Shown here one piece after another: positions 25,321-38,039 of a stretch of 64,000 nucleotides of DNA. The notes below the pieces were generated by a model, which ran no database searches, was not told the DNA's origin, and was given only the letters and a program-made list of their open reading frames with translations. Origin of the DNA: Macrostomum hystrix (lineage: Eukaryota > Animalia > Platyhelminthes); assembly GCA_950097015.1 (NCBI GenBank), contig CATNEN010000001.1:21948001-22012000 (forward strand), in the 5' to 3' direction. The position numbers and the translations under genes are program-made. The first letter of the stretch is position 1; the number at the start of each line of letters is the position of its first letter.

Positions 25321-27095
25321 GCCACACCAGTGCAATGTCCTGCAGTCTTATAGGCATCACACCCGTGCAATGCGCCACATTCTATGGCATCACACCCGTG
25401 CAATGCACCACAGTCTATGGCATCACACCCGTGCAATGCACCACAGTCTATGGCATCACACCCGTGCAATGCACCACAGTCTATGGCATCACACCCGTGC
25501 AATGCACCACAGTCTATGGCATCACACCCGTGCAATGCACCGCAGTCTATAGCATCACACCCGTGCAATGCACCACATTCTATGGCATCACACCCGTGCA
25601 ATGCACCACATTCTATGGCATCACACCCGTGCAATGCACCACAATATATAGTATCATACCCGTGCAATGCACCACAATATATAGTATCATACCCGTGCAA
25701 TGCACCACAGTCTACAGCATCACACCCGTGCAATGCACCACAGTCTATGGCATCACACCCGTGCAATGCACCGCAGTCTATAGCATCACACCCGTGCAAT
25801 GCACCACATTCTATGGCATCACACCCGTGCAATGCACCACATTCTATGGCATCACACCCGTGCAATGCACCACAATATATAGTATCATACCCGTGCAATG
25901 CACCACAGTCTACAGCATCACACCCGTGCAATGCACCACATTCTATGGCATCACACCCGTGCAATGCACCACAATCTATGGCATCACACCCGTGCAATGC
26001 ACCACAATATATAGCATCACACCCGTGCAATGCACCACATTCTATGGCATCACACCCGTGCAATGCACCACAATATATAGTATCATACCCGTGCAATGCA
26101 CCACAGTCTACAGCATCACACCCGTGCAATGCACCACATTCTATGGCATCACACCCGTGCAATGCACCACATTCTATGGCATCACACCCGTGCAATGCAC
26201 CACAATATATAGTATCATACCCGTGCAATGCACCACAGTCTACAGCATCACACCCGTGCAATGCACCACATTCTATGGCATCACACCCGTGCAATGCACC
26301 ACATTCTATGGCATCACACCCGTGCAATGCACCACAATATATAGTATCATACCCGTGCAATGCACCACAGTCTACAGCATCACACCCGTGCAATGCACCA
26401 CAGTCTACAGCATCACACCCGTGCAATGCACCACATTCTATGGCATCACACCCGTGCAATGCACCACATTCTATGGCATCACACCCGTGCAATGCACCAC
26501 AATATATAGTATCATACCCGTGCAATGCACCACAGTCTACAGCATCACACCCGTGCAATGCACCACATTCTATGGCATCACACCCGTGCAATGCACCACA
26601 TTCTATGGCATCACACCCGTGCAATGCACCACAATATATAGTATCATACCCGTGCAATGCACCACAGTCTACAGCATCACACCCGTGCAATGCACCACAG
26701 TCTACAGCATCACACCCGTGCAATGCACCACATTCTATGGCATCACACCCGTGCAATGCACCACATTCTATGGCATCACACCCATGCAATGCACCACAAT
26801 ATATAGTATCATACCCGTGCAATGCACCACAGTCTACAGCATCACACCCGTGCAATGCACCACATTCTATGGCATCACACCCGTGCAATGCACCACATTC
26901 TATGGCATCACACCCGTGCAATGCACCACATTCTATGGCATCACACCCGTGCAATGCACCACAATATATAGTATCATACCCGTGCAATGCACCACAGTCT
27001 ACAGCATCACACCCGTGCAATGCACCACATTCTATGGCATCACACCCGTGCAATGCACCGCAGTCTATAGCACCTCACCCGTGCAATGCACCACA
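25321..27095 (+). repeat. 33-bp minisatellite GCATCACACCCGTGCAATGCACCACATTCTATG (~54 copies)
   Basis: direct inspection. Confidence 0.96.
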
Positions 27096-27564
27096 ATTTA
27101 CGATTTATTAAACTCGTGCAGGAAAAACTTAATTAAGTAATTCTGTCTCATAGTCTCACACATCGTCGCGAAAAATTTATAATCTTTGTCACGACATGCT
27201 AAACCCCACAAGCCAGGTGGGATTTCCAATAGGGATATAGATAAGGGATCAACTTCTGCTTTCGTGTTCAGTCGAATCTTTCCGGTGTGTCAGGCAGGTG
27301 AGCAGAGGTCTGTCCCAATCTGCACGAAGCAGATGGATTGACCTAGGATCTGTGTCGCTGGCGAGTTGACATTTTTACACCTGAAACCTGACCTGCTGAA
27401 TGGGACTGCGGAATGAGCATTGGTGAGCTCATTGCGGTGATGGATAGAATCAAAAGCTGGTCATACAACGAAGAAATATTTAACTACTTTGTTTAATTTA
27501 GACAATGTTAAGAATTACTTAATGAACAATTAAAAATAAGATTCGACTACATTGCGTACGTTTA

Positions 27565-27715
27565 TTCAGTCCATGGACTGGGGGTACGCCACACCCACCA
27601 TTAATTACCCTTTCAACAGCCGGGTGAACTGAAGCAATGCAGAGTTAAGTGTCTTGCTAAAGTACACAAATTGTTCCGCTAGAGCCAGGAATCGAACCCT
27701 CGACCTTCAACTCGC
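27565..27715 (-). mobile_element. SINE family B fragment
   Basis: Reverse complement of B box, CORE-like segment and CAGTCCATGGACTG. Confidence 0.75.
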
Positions 27716-28526
27716 TTTCACCAATTGGCTGCACCGAAATTAATGTTAGTGCTAAGAAGTGCTAACATTATTACATTTGCCACACAAGTCTCACGTAGCA
27801 ACTAAAAGGCAATAACTATTGCATTTAATTCAAGTCGTCGAGGAATCAATTCTAGAAATTGCTTTTCTAAACTCAAACCATACAAGCTGTCACTCACAAA
27901 CTCTGAGTGGTGAGTGTGCTCATTTTCCATTTATTCTCAGGCGACTAGGACAAAGATCATAGCATCCAGTTAATCCCCGTGAGCGATAAGAGATTATGCC
28001 CTTGGCCTAGATAGTTTTATATCCTGGAGTTGCACTGAGCTGTGAGCATGTGTGTGTTTCTTGTCTCAGTCCCCTTGAGATCATCCACCGTAGCTTGAGT
28101 TCAGATCTCCATCAACTCCAGACTCCTACTCACTGCTCGGTTCTCAACTCGATGCGCATTAGGAGAGTGATAAATAGAGGAAAATCGGCTTAAAGAGATT
28201 CTTGAGCAGTTAGTTGTATTAAAAGTGCATAAATAAGCTAAAGGAATTCCTGCCGCACTCGCTTCACTCAGCTAGCATTGAACTGAAAATGTGACACATT
28301 ATTTTTGCATAACTATTCAAAGCCTTTGGTCGTAAAAAAGCTTATTGTTTGTTGCATTTCAACTACTGATCACTGAAGTGTGAGTAGTGCAGTTGGGCTT
28401 GAATAAAAAGGTTATTTCAACTGAATTAATGAGCTGTGATAGTTTTTATTAGTGGGTTGTGGATAGTAGTTTATAAACATTAATTATTCATATATAATGG
28501 GTTGTGAGTACTAATTAATTACAACA

Positions 28527-28821
28527 GAGGTTGTAGCCTAGTGGTTAGGGCGTCGGACTCACGACTTGAAGGTCGGGGGTTCGATTCCCGACTCCACTGG
28601 AACAATTTTCGTCCGTTAGCAAGACACTTAACTCTGCATTGCTTCAGTTCACCCAGCTGTTAAATGGGTACCAGCATCAGCTGGGATAATTGAAGGTGGG
28701 TGTGGCGTCCCCCCAGTCCGTGGACTGAACAGCTGTACGCAGCCTTCAGATGCGCCGCGCCGCTGCGGCTGTGCTGTCGGCTGCACATCTGACCCAATTG
28801 GGGCAGGTGTAATAAAAAAAA
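28527..28821 (+). mobile_element. CORE-like tRNA-derived SINE family B, full length with A tail and putative 12-bp TSD
   Basis: A box TAGCCTAGTGG, B box GGTTCGATTCC; GCAAGACACTTAAC..CAGTTCACCCAGCTGTTAAATGGG resembles the MIR CORE domain; GAGTACTAATTA repeated at 28506-28517 and 28822-28833. Confidence 0.85.
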
Positions 28822-29021
28822 GAGTACTAATTATACTAATTGATAACTTGATAAAATGATTGATCGATTGACTATTACGAGTCTATAGATTAGATCGATG
28901 ACCTGATTGATTGATACATCAATTGTTTTTAAAAAGAGTGGCTTTTTTATCTATTTTTGGGCAAAATATTTTTGGACTCCTATTTTGGATAAGATTCATA
29001 ACAAATGATAATAATTTTTGT

Positions 29022-29330
29022 AGGAGGGCTGCGGGCAATGGCACATCATTTCGTGACACTAGACCCGCAGCCAGCGAGGATGCAATTCTGCCCGTTTCGC
29101 TGACTCCTGAGCACAGGTGTGTACATCTGCCCTGACTTTCTCATCGTCAGGCAGTGTACACTCTCACTGTGCCTTGGAGGTTGGCCCTTAAGGGTGTAAA
29201 TTGTACGACAAGCCCCCAAAGCCTTCTGTCCGCGGCTGCGCCCCAAATGAATGTGACCTCGCCGCGGAATCGAGCTCAGGGACCTTGGTGCGAGAGGCAA
29301 ACGCGTTAGACCGCTCTGCCACCGACCCTC
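29022..29330 (-). mobile_element. SINE family A, near full length
   Basis: A box TGGCAGAGCGG, B-box-like GCTCGATTCC, body and 3' hairpin; ATT-rich tail. Confidence 0.88.
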
Positions 29331-29441
29331 CCATTATAAATCGTGGATGTGTTTTAATTGATTGGATCAATAAATATAATCATCTTGTCAATTAACTAAT
29401 TGATAATTGACTGTCAAGAGTTCGATTCTCAACCATCGCAG

Positions 29442-29796
29442 CAGCAGCTCGACTGCAGAGGCGCCAGCAGCCGTCAAGAAGGGGGGCCATCTAGCTTCAG
29501 CGGATGTCTGCCTGTCCTGGCTAGCCGAGGCCTCCAAAGCTGCAGCCGAGGCGGACCGATGGCAGGCCGACCTTCTCTGCTGGGACAATCTGGCTTGTCT
29601 GCGCAGAGTTCAGGCGAGATACTCGGCGCTGCAGATTGGCCTGGAGGCTGAAGGCATTCGACTGAAGTCTCTACAGGATGAGGCCGGCTGCCTGGGACAG
29701 AACGGCTCCGCGGCGGAGACTAACGGCAAGGACACGGCGTCTGCGTCCTTGACGTCGACTGAATTCTCAGAGGAGCTGCGGGATCGACTGGATGAG
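29442..29796 (+). CDS. Dys: Dystrophin-like exon 7 (spectrin-like repeat)
   Basis: catcgcag|C phase 2 (tandem CAGCAGCAG acceptor, start uncertain by 3-6 nt); CLSWLAEA...ELRDRLDE; GAG|gtaagg donor. Confidence 0.8.
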
Positions 29797-29844
29797 GTAA
29801 GGCGAGTTGTTATCAGAGTGCTGTTTGAGAAGCTTTGAGAATCG

Positions 29845-30312
29845 CTGGATTATCGAGAACATCGGATTATCGAAATCAGTGGATTATAGAGAGCAGTGGA
29901 TTATCGAAATCAGTGGATTATCGAGAACAGTGGATTATCGAGAACAGTGGATTATCGAGAACGGTGGATTATAGAGAGCAGTGGATTATCGAGAACGGTG
30001 GATTATCGAGAACGGTGGATTATCGAGAACGGTGGATTATCGAGCGCAGTGGATTATCGAGAACGGTGGATTATCGAGAACAGTGGATTATCGAGAACGG
30101 TGGATTATCGAGAACGGTGGATTATCGAAATCAGTAGATTATAAAGAATAGTGGATTATCGAGAACAGTGGATTATCGAGAACGGTGGATTATCGAAATC
30201 AGTAGATTATAAAGAATAGTGGATTATCGAGGACGGTGGATTATTGAGAACGGTGGATTATCGAGAACAGTGGATTATCGAGAACGGTGGATTATGGAGA
30301 ACGGTGGATTAT
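29845..30312 (+). repeat. 17-bp minisatellite GTGGATTATCGAGAAC(G/A)
   Basis: fills most of the intron 29797-30345. Confidence 0.94.
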
Positions 30313-30345
30313 TGACATCCCGTCAATTATCCCTCATTTCCCCAG

Positions 30346-30620
30346 GCCAGCGCACAGTACCGTCGCCTGCAGCAGCAGTTCTCAGACAGGCAGCTCAGCC
30401 TTGAGCAGTCAGTCGGCAATCTGGAGTCTCTGCTCGCTGATCTGGACGACCTGAGCGGCTGGACCCGAACTCAGTTGGTCAGCTCGCCGCCGGCTTCAGC
30501 GGCCGACATGTCGGCTGAGCAGCGGCTGCAGCTGGCTGACATTGACGACGATGACTGGGAGCAGCGAGTTCTGGCGATGCAGCGGCTGAGGGATTCGCTG
30601 AGCTCGGCGACTCAAGGGGC

Positions 30621-30657
<37 letters not shown>

Positions 30658-30668
30658 AGTGTTGCTAG
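30346..30668 (+). CDS. Dys: Dystrophin-like exon 8
   Basis: catttccccag| acceptor; AG|gtaggt donor; phase 0/2; ASAQYRRLQQQFSDRQLSLE...LDDLSGW, a spectrin repeat junction. Confidence 0.8.
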
Positions 30669-30730
30669 GTAGGTGAAAAAACCACAGAATCTCACCAAGG
30701 AATCGATGGATTCCGTGGCGAATCGATGAC

Positions 30731-30930
30731 GCGTCGGACTCACGACCTGAAGGTCAGGGGTTCGATTCCCGACTCCACTGGAACAATGGGTACCAGCACC
30801 AGCTGGGGTAATTGGGGGTGGGTTTGGCGTCCCCCCAGTCCATGGACTGTACGCAGCCTTCAGATGCGCCGCGCAATAGCTGCGGCTGTGCTGTCGGCTG
30901 CACATCTGGCCCAATCGGGACAGGTGTAAT
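30731..30930 (+). mobile_element. SINE family B with CORE segment deleted
   Basis: Matches the 28527 copy except for a deletion at GGAACAA|TGGGTACC. Confidence 0.85.
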
Positions 30931-31081
30931 CAATTCAATTAATTACGGAGCGTGACACAATCTGTCCAAAGCATCGGGCGAATTTCCCCAGGAAAATCGA
31001 AGGCAGGCATTAACTCTCGATTAGAAAACGTTTTTTTTCAATATTGCATGGCTAAATCGATTCCACCGCTGTTCACAGTAG

Positions 31082-31253
31082 GCTCCAGGAGGCTTCTGAA
31101 AGTCTTCAAAATCGCCTGCGCCAGCTCGAGTCCAACTGGCTCAGGTTGATGGAGTTGCGAGCGGCGGTTTGCAGCCAGCAACAGAAAGAAGAAGTGCAAC
31201 TGGAGCAGCAAAAGCAGCCGCTGCAGAGTCAGCAGAGTTCAAAGCCGGCAGCT

Positions 31254-31289
<36 letters not shown>

Positions 31290-31370
31290 TTGGTTGAATG
31301 GTTGGAGCGTTCTCAAGCCTTCTTAACTAGCCAGCGAGTTGTGATTGGTCGAATATTTGACGCGGATGAT
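31082..31370 (+). CDS. Dys: Dystrophin-like exon 9
   Basis: cacagtag| NAGNAG acceptor (31079 or 31082), phase 2; LQNRLRQLESNWLRL...LVEWLERSQAFL; GAT|gtgagc donor. Confidence 0.8.
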
Positions 31371-31761
31371 GTGAGCGTTGCTTTGAAAAATTTCAATACT
31401 TAAATTCGAATATTTCTACTCATAACGTATCTGTCAGTAGTGTAGTGCGCACTTTTTCAGGTCTTATTAAAGTACTTAGAAAAATCATTTGTAATTTTTT
31501 TTGAACTTACGAGCAAGCCAAGATTGGGATTTCATCTGTCTGTCTCTCTGTTAAAGAGCAGACAGATGTTCCTACCCACAGTGAGTGGATGTCAGTCCTT
31601 TGTCGCTTGCTAGTCCGTTTGAAGAAGTGCAAAAAAGATCTAAAAATCATTTCAACCAGGTGTCTAATATTTTAGTGGGGCTTTCTACCTTTTCTCATTT
31701 GAGCAACGAATTGTACTTTATATTGTAAATTTAAGAGATAATTATTTGATAGAATTTAATT

Positions 31762-31776
31762 GATAGATAAATAGAT

Positions 31777-31845
<69 letters not shown>

Positions 31846-31915
31846 TATAGATAGATAGATAGATAGATAGATAGATTTGATAGATTTGATAGATTTGATA
31901 GATTGAATTTGATAG
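31762..31915 (+). repeat. (GATA)n microsatellite
   Basis: direct inspection. Confidence 0.95.
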
Positions 31916-32039
31916 AATTTAATTTAAGAGATATTATTTGATGGAATTCGTGAGAATCTTTATATTAATGAAGAAAAATCTAAGGCTTTTAGAAGAAATA
32001 ATATTTTAACAACTGTCTCTGCTTCAACCCCATTGCCAG

Positions 32040-32208
32040 TCGGACATTTCCCAGCAGTCGGTGGGGAGCCTTGACAGCCTGTCACCTATTGAAGCAGTGG
32101 CCAAGGCCAAGTCCCTACTCTCTGAGCTGGCGTCGAATCACCGGGCCAAGCTTAGGGAGGCCAGGATCACTCTTAGGCGCAGACCTGATGCTGCGAACGC
32201 TGGACTGG
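32040..32208 (+). CDS. Dys: Dystrophin-like exon 10
   Basis: cattgccag| acceptor; G|gtgagt donor; phase 0/1; SDISQQSVGSL...AKAKSLLSELASNHRAKLREAR (frame not in the ORF track). Confidence 0.75.
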
Positions 32209-32228
32209 GTGAGTGAAGAACACCTGCT

Positions 32229-32472
32229 GTTAGACAGAGCTGTTCTCATGTTAGACAGAGCTGTTCTCATGTTAGACAGAGCTGTTCTCATGTTAGACAG
32301 AGCTGTTCTCATGTTAGACAGAACTGTTCTCATGTTAGATAGAGCTGTTCTCATGTTAGACAGAGATTTTCTCATGTTAGACAGAACTGTTCTCATGTTA
32401 GACAGAGCTGTTCTCATGTTAGACAGAGATGCTCTCATGTTAGACAGAACTGTTCTCATGTTAGACAGAGCT
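32229..32472 (+). repeat. 21-bp minisatellite GTTAGACAGAGCTGTTCTCAT
   Basis: direct inspection. Confidence 0.93.
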
Positions 32473-33054
32473 TAGGTTTCGCATGCAGATGCGGCTTATA
32501 CAAAGAAACTTGAGTTCTTTTTTCACAAAGTACTCAAAGAGAATCAAAAGCAACACAGAAAAATACAAAAGTGCCAGGCCAAGCAAAATAAATTCATGAG
32601 TTCTGAAAACTTCTCGGTTTTGGCTCTAAATCGGAGAAAGTCCCTCAGCGGCATCAGTCCCTTAATTATAATACTTGGAAGCTGCACGAGACTTCACTTC
32701 GTGGAGTGGGGAAGAGGGAGTGAAACAGAATAAGATATTGTATGCCGCAAGCCACTATATGATGCTATGCATATACTTACTACGGGTCCTGAGACTGCAT
32801 TTGAGTCTTAAGTAGACCTCGACTCGAAGTCCAGACTGCTGAGCTAAAAAAAGTTTCCTAACTCGCAAGCAGCCCTTAATCTGCCCAGCCGGCAAACTTT
32901 GCAAACTATTTAACAGCCGAGAGTTTAGAAAACTCGCGTGTGGGAAAGCTTTGAAACTCAGTTAGCGGAATATAATCCTTAAGGGAGTAGAATTTTGAAA
33001 GAAATTTTTTAAATTCTGCCTTAGATTTGAATATATTTTGTCGCGAAATTTCCT

Positions 33055-33605
33055 CCGCTCAGATCCCACCGCTCAGATCCCACCGCACAGATCCCACCGC
33101 TCAGATCCCACCGCTCAGATCCCATCGCTCAGATCCCACCGCTCAGATCCCACCGCTCAGATCCCACCGCTCAGAGCCCACCGCTCAGATCCCACCGCTC
33201 AGATCCCACCGCTCAGATCCCACCGCTCAGATCCCATCGCTCAGATCCCACCGCTCAGATCCCACCGCTCAGATCCCACCGCTCAGATCCCACCGCTCAG
33301 AGCCCACCGCTCAGATCCCGTCGCTCAGATCCCACCGCTCAGATCCCATCGCTCAGATCCCACCACTTAGATCCCACCGCTCAGATCCCACCGCTCAGAT
33401 CCCACCGCTCAGATCCCACCGCTCAGATCCCACCGCTCAGATCCCACCGCTCAGATCCCACCGCTCAGATCCCACCGCTCAGATCCCACCGCTCAGATCC
33501 CACCGCTCAGATCCCACCGCTCAGATCCCACCGCTCAGATCCCACCGCTCAGATCCCACCGCTCAGATCCCACCGCTCAGATCCCACCGCTCAGATCCCA
33601 CCGCT
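33055..33605 (+). repeat. 14-bp minisatellite AGATCCCACCGCTC
   Basis: direct inspection. Confidence 0.95.
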
Positions 33606-34461
33606 GCCACCATGGCATGAGGCAGATCTCGAGTCCAAAATATTTAACGTCCAGTAAATATTTAAAAACATGTGGTGTGTGAAAGCCATAGACATGTCCT
33701 AGTTCATAGGTTTTAATAAAAGTACGAACATGTACTTTATTCGCATTGTCAGCAAATTGTGACTCGTTTTTTGTATTGTATGGATCAAAATAAAGGCAGG
33801 ATGAAAAGCTCTGTTGTTTTTAACAAAAAAAAATAATTTCAAAAGTTTCTTCCAATTCGCGTTTTTAGCAGGATTTCTGCTAGTGCCAGAATAATGATTT
33901 TTAGTTTTAAAATTTCTGATGAACATAATTTTAACAGAATGCAGAGGAAAATATCTATAAAAAACTTTCTGTACTTTTCTCTCAATCACTAAAGCGAACT
34001 CAATCTGCAGAAAGTATGAGTAAAATATTAACAATTCACTGGAATTCATGGGACCTGCATAGTTAGGATTTTATCATCGTCTAAGAGCTATACATATGGT
34101 CTATATTAACATTATTGCTCATTAAAGTGCAATAAATATGTCCACTGGTCTCCCGCTTTACTCCAAGTCGTTACTTTCTTTCACACAAAACTTTGCAGTT
34201 GGTTTTTATATTATTTGTTCCTTCCGCAAGGTTGTGAAGTTCTGTGCTAGCACCGGCTAGTTGTGCGTTCGTAACAGGTTCACATCGGTTCATTGAAATT
34301 GATGCACGATTCTCAAACAAAAATTTTATTTCGCTTTGATCTTAATAGACTCATAGGAACCAATTATCTTTGTAACTGATAAGCAAACAAACAGCTGACA
34401 AGAATGCTAAGTTAAAGCAAACCTCTTAACTACTAGATAATGTTAGGCCAATGTTTAGTGA

Positions 34462-34755
34462 GGAGGCTGAGTGGCAGAGCGGTCTAACGCGTTAGCCTCT
34501 CGCACCAAGGTCCCTGAGCTCGATCCCGCGACGAGGCCACATTCATTTGGGGCGCAGCCGCGGAGAGAAGGCTTTGAGGGCTTGTCGTGCAATTGACGCC
34601 CTTGAGGGCCAACCTCCAATGCCCAGTGAAAGTGTACACTGCCTGACGATGAGAAAGTCAGGGCAGATGTACACACCTGTGTGAGCGTGTGCCTGCGTAC
34701 GGTATCTGTGTGCGTGTGTGCTCAGGAGCCAGCGAAATGGGCAGAATCGCCCCCT
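34462..34755 (+). mobile_element. SINE family A, 3'-truncated
   Basis: GGAGGCTGAGTGGCAGAGCGG head; reverse complement of the 29022 copy. Confidence 0.85.
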
Positions 34756-37617
34756 AGTATCATTGATGTGCTATTGCATGTTTGCTTGTATTGGACTTTA
34801 TCCTACGACCAAGCAGTATTCAGAATGACATAGTTAATTCAATTCTTCACGATGCTGCATGTCATTTTTTCATTCACTAGCGCAACTTTAAGCACCAAAT
34901 CTTTTGTTCAAACCGATCGGGATTGAGAAAACGGGGACCCTAAATTAATAGTTTAATGTGCATATCATGTTTAACAATAAACATAAAGACTTTAATCGAT
35001 TCCATAGCATCACTGTTCGATTCTGTAGCTCACATCACTCACCTTGGTGAGAGGCAGATGTTTAACTGTCAGCCCGAAAACTTATCAATGTGAATTGTTC
35101 TGCTGGAAAGGCAAAGCTGAAAGCTGGATTTGACGAGCGAAACAAATTTGGCGTTTCCGCCCCACGGCACAATATTCTGCTCTCACAAGCAATGGAATCT
35201 GCAGGATATCCTTGCCGGGCTATACTCAAGGGACTCGCCCGATTGCCAGATTAATGGCTGACTAGATTCAAATTGGAAAACTATGTGCGTTGCATCGCGT
35301 GTTTAGCAGCACTGCAGCCTGTTCTGTCACACCCACATCTTCGGCGGCTATCCCCTCCCTATGGCCATCTTTATCTCCTTGAATTTGTCCGATATCCCAG
35401 ATTTCCTATTTGTAATTAGACTCGGCACCACCCCCAAGTCTGCGCAGTGAGTTTTGCTCGGCTACTGAAAGAAAGTCCCGCTTTGCTCTCTCTTGATTCA
35501 CAACAGAATCGCTGATAAAAGTATGCGAGCTATAACGGTCTGGACCTCGTGCATTGTCTTCTATTTTCTCCATCACTCCTCTCTACTTTTGACTCTTGAC
35601 TACATGTGGAAGTCTCAGTTGAATACGGTTATTTATTGTACAATCATGTGATAAATGACTTCAACATCTCGACGATGCTGAAGTCGGACGGCCTTGAAAG
35701 TCAAGGGCGTCGTAAATGGCGGAAAAGTTGAGTTTAAGAAAAAATTCGGTTTGGGAGCTGTCTAGTATGCAGTAGGCAGTGCATTCTAAAATGTTAGCCC
35801 TTGTTCTAGATTCTTATGTTGATTTTTTTTATAGTTGGGGAGATAGAAAAGAAACCATGCGAATTTGAAACACTGCATGGGTACACAAAAATTTGTTTCT
35901 CCTAGAATAAAATATTAGTAAAATAATTTTGCACATTAATTTAGCATTACTTGAAGCGCACAAATTCTCAAAGCGATCTAAGCTGGCTGAAAGTGGCTTC
36001 TTTCGCGGAATGCAACAGAAATTCTGCAGAAAAAAATCAAAGAAATATCTCTGGATCAGGAGCTAGGAGGATTTCCTTCTTCGCTTTGAATTCGTGTTAG
36101 GCTTCCATCGCCCCGGTACCAATCCATGTCAGTATCATCATTCTCATTTTCTCCTATCTATTATCCACAGAGAAATCCCAGTAGTCATTGGCCGCGTCCA
36201 CCCGGGCGTTGCTTATAAACCAGTGCAAGCAGGGGCGATCCAGGGGTTGGGATGGGAGCCAAGATTGCACGGGTCGATTATCAATATAACTGCAATCCCA
36301 AAACTGAGCAAGTCTTGCTAACACTTGGGAATATAGGGCGGCCTGGAGCTGCTGCGTGAGCTAAAAATAAAGCAAATAATTTTCGTAGTTAAATAAACCA
36401 TGTACTTTTATTTTTTCATCTAAAGAGCTGATTTTTCCTAACTTTCTAATCTGACATTTACCCAATCCTTGGGTATTGTTGGGTATATTGTTGGGTATTT
36501 CCCAGTTCAAGAACTGACAAATTGACTCCACATAGATGACAAAAACAAGTCGGAGACATTGTCCAGCAGAACATCACAAAATGTTCTCGTGTTACACTGT
36601 CTAGCAGATTTCGCAGATCAGTCTGTTCTGTTCCTCTCCGACTCTTTCAGAAGCAATCGAACTTTTTTTATTCTTTTTTAAGAAAACTTGCTTCACTGCC
36701 CGGGGGGAGAGAACGCGGAGCTGACGAAAGAAGGAGCGGAAGAAGAGGAGGAGAGGACGATGATGAAGGAGATCGAGCGCGAAGGCATGCAGGATTAGGG
36801 AGTAACTTAAAAACCCTTGACTACCCGCCACTCCCTTCCGGAATCTGTGAACGGGCCAAACTAGAGCTTGCTCACTGCATGCCCTATTCGTCTAACTAAC
36901 GAACACACTCGCTGAGAACAGTTTAGAACTCCTCATCAGGCCTTCCTCATGGATCATCTCACTCTTCTAGCATCGTCATGTTTTCAAGCGTCTCTAGCGC
37001 CATATTTTCTTATAATACCTATGCAACATTTCCTGAATCGCATCCGCGTAGGAGTCTGCTGCCCCAGTTTCAACTCAATATATCCCATCTCGCTCCCATC
37101 TATAGCGTTTCTGGTAGGTCGTACTGCTGATGCAGGATTGAAGCAAAGGGAATGATAAGACACACACACAGCATGATAGGATATGAGCTAATGCTGGCGA
37201 AGTCACTCTGGGGCAACAGACGAGACACACATTTAGCTACCACTCGCTCCCGCTATCCTCGTCTCCAACTCACCCCGACCTTGGCTTGTTGATGCTGAAA
37301 GACATTTCGCTATATTTAGTTAACTATAGATTAAGTCGCATCATAGAGCTAAAGATTTTGCAGCTTCAGAGCGTACGGGCACCATTTCGGCAGCCAATCC
37401 AGGGAGAGCTTGCAAGTCTCTGAGTGCGTCACTGCGAATGCCCGTTTGAGATTGGCACAAGCCAGGGAGGGTGGAGAATACTAGCAAGGCCAAAAGAAAA
37501 AATACTGGGACAGTTGAGCATTGAGCTCAGATCCAGTCCGAGAGACATCCAAGACAGACCTCCTTGGATCTGAGAAGGCAGCAGCCATCCATTGGCTCCA
37601 TTCCGTCAAGCAGCTCC

Positions 37618-38006
37618 ATGTCCGGCTACTGGAACAAATTCGGCCAAGTGTTCCGCGCCACCAAGGCGCTCTCCTCGGCCTCTCTGCATCTGTTTGGCGA
37701 CGAAGTCGATGAAGACGACGGCAGCGAGCAGGCTGGTAGCCGGGGCCACGGAGACGATGGCATCATCAGCGAGCCGCTGCCCGATCTCGGCGGCATCACC
37801 GGCTGGATCGCTAAGAGGGCTTCAGTCGTGCTCAGCGACTGGGACCTCAACGATGACAATGATGACTCTGGTGACGATTTTGACGATGCACGAGACGGCG
37901 ATGGCAGGATTCCGTTTGAAATTCCGAGCCTGCGCAATGCTAGACAGGCGGGCAAGCTCCGGAGTCTGGAAGACAAGCTGCGCGATGATGCTGCTGCATC
38001 TGTGGC

Positions 38007-38039
<33 letters not shown>

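Noticed and set aside
25321-27095. CRISPR-like constant/variable array; 575-656-aa Cys/His-rich ORFs
   Set aside because: Eukaryotic intron, the variable parts are a few recurring alleles, and no cas genes are present. The ORFs are open on both strands only because the 33-bp unit lacks stops.
28527-28600. tRNA-Val(CAC) gene
   Set aside because: Acceptor and anticodon stems pair poorly and it continues into a repeated SINE body
34642-34740. CTGACGA...GAAA in SINE A as a hammerhead ribozyme core
   Set aside because: CTGAC is sequestered in the CCTGAC/GTCAGG hairpin and no stem II/III geometry closes properly
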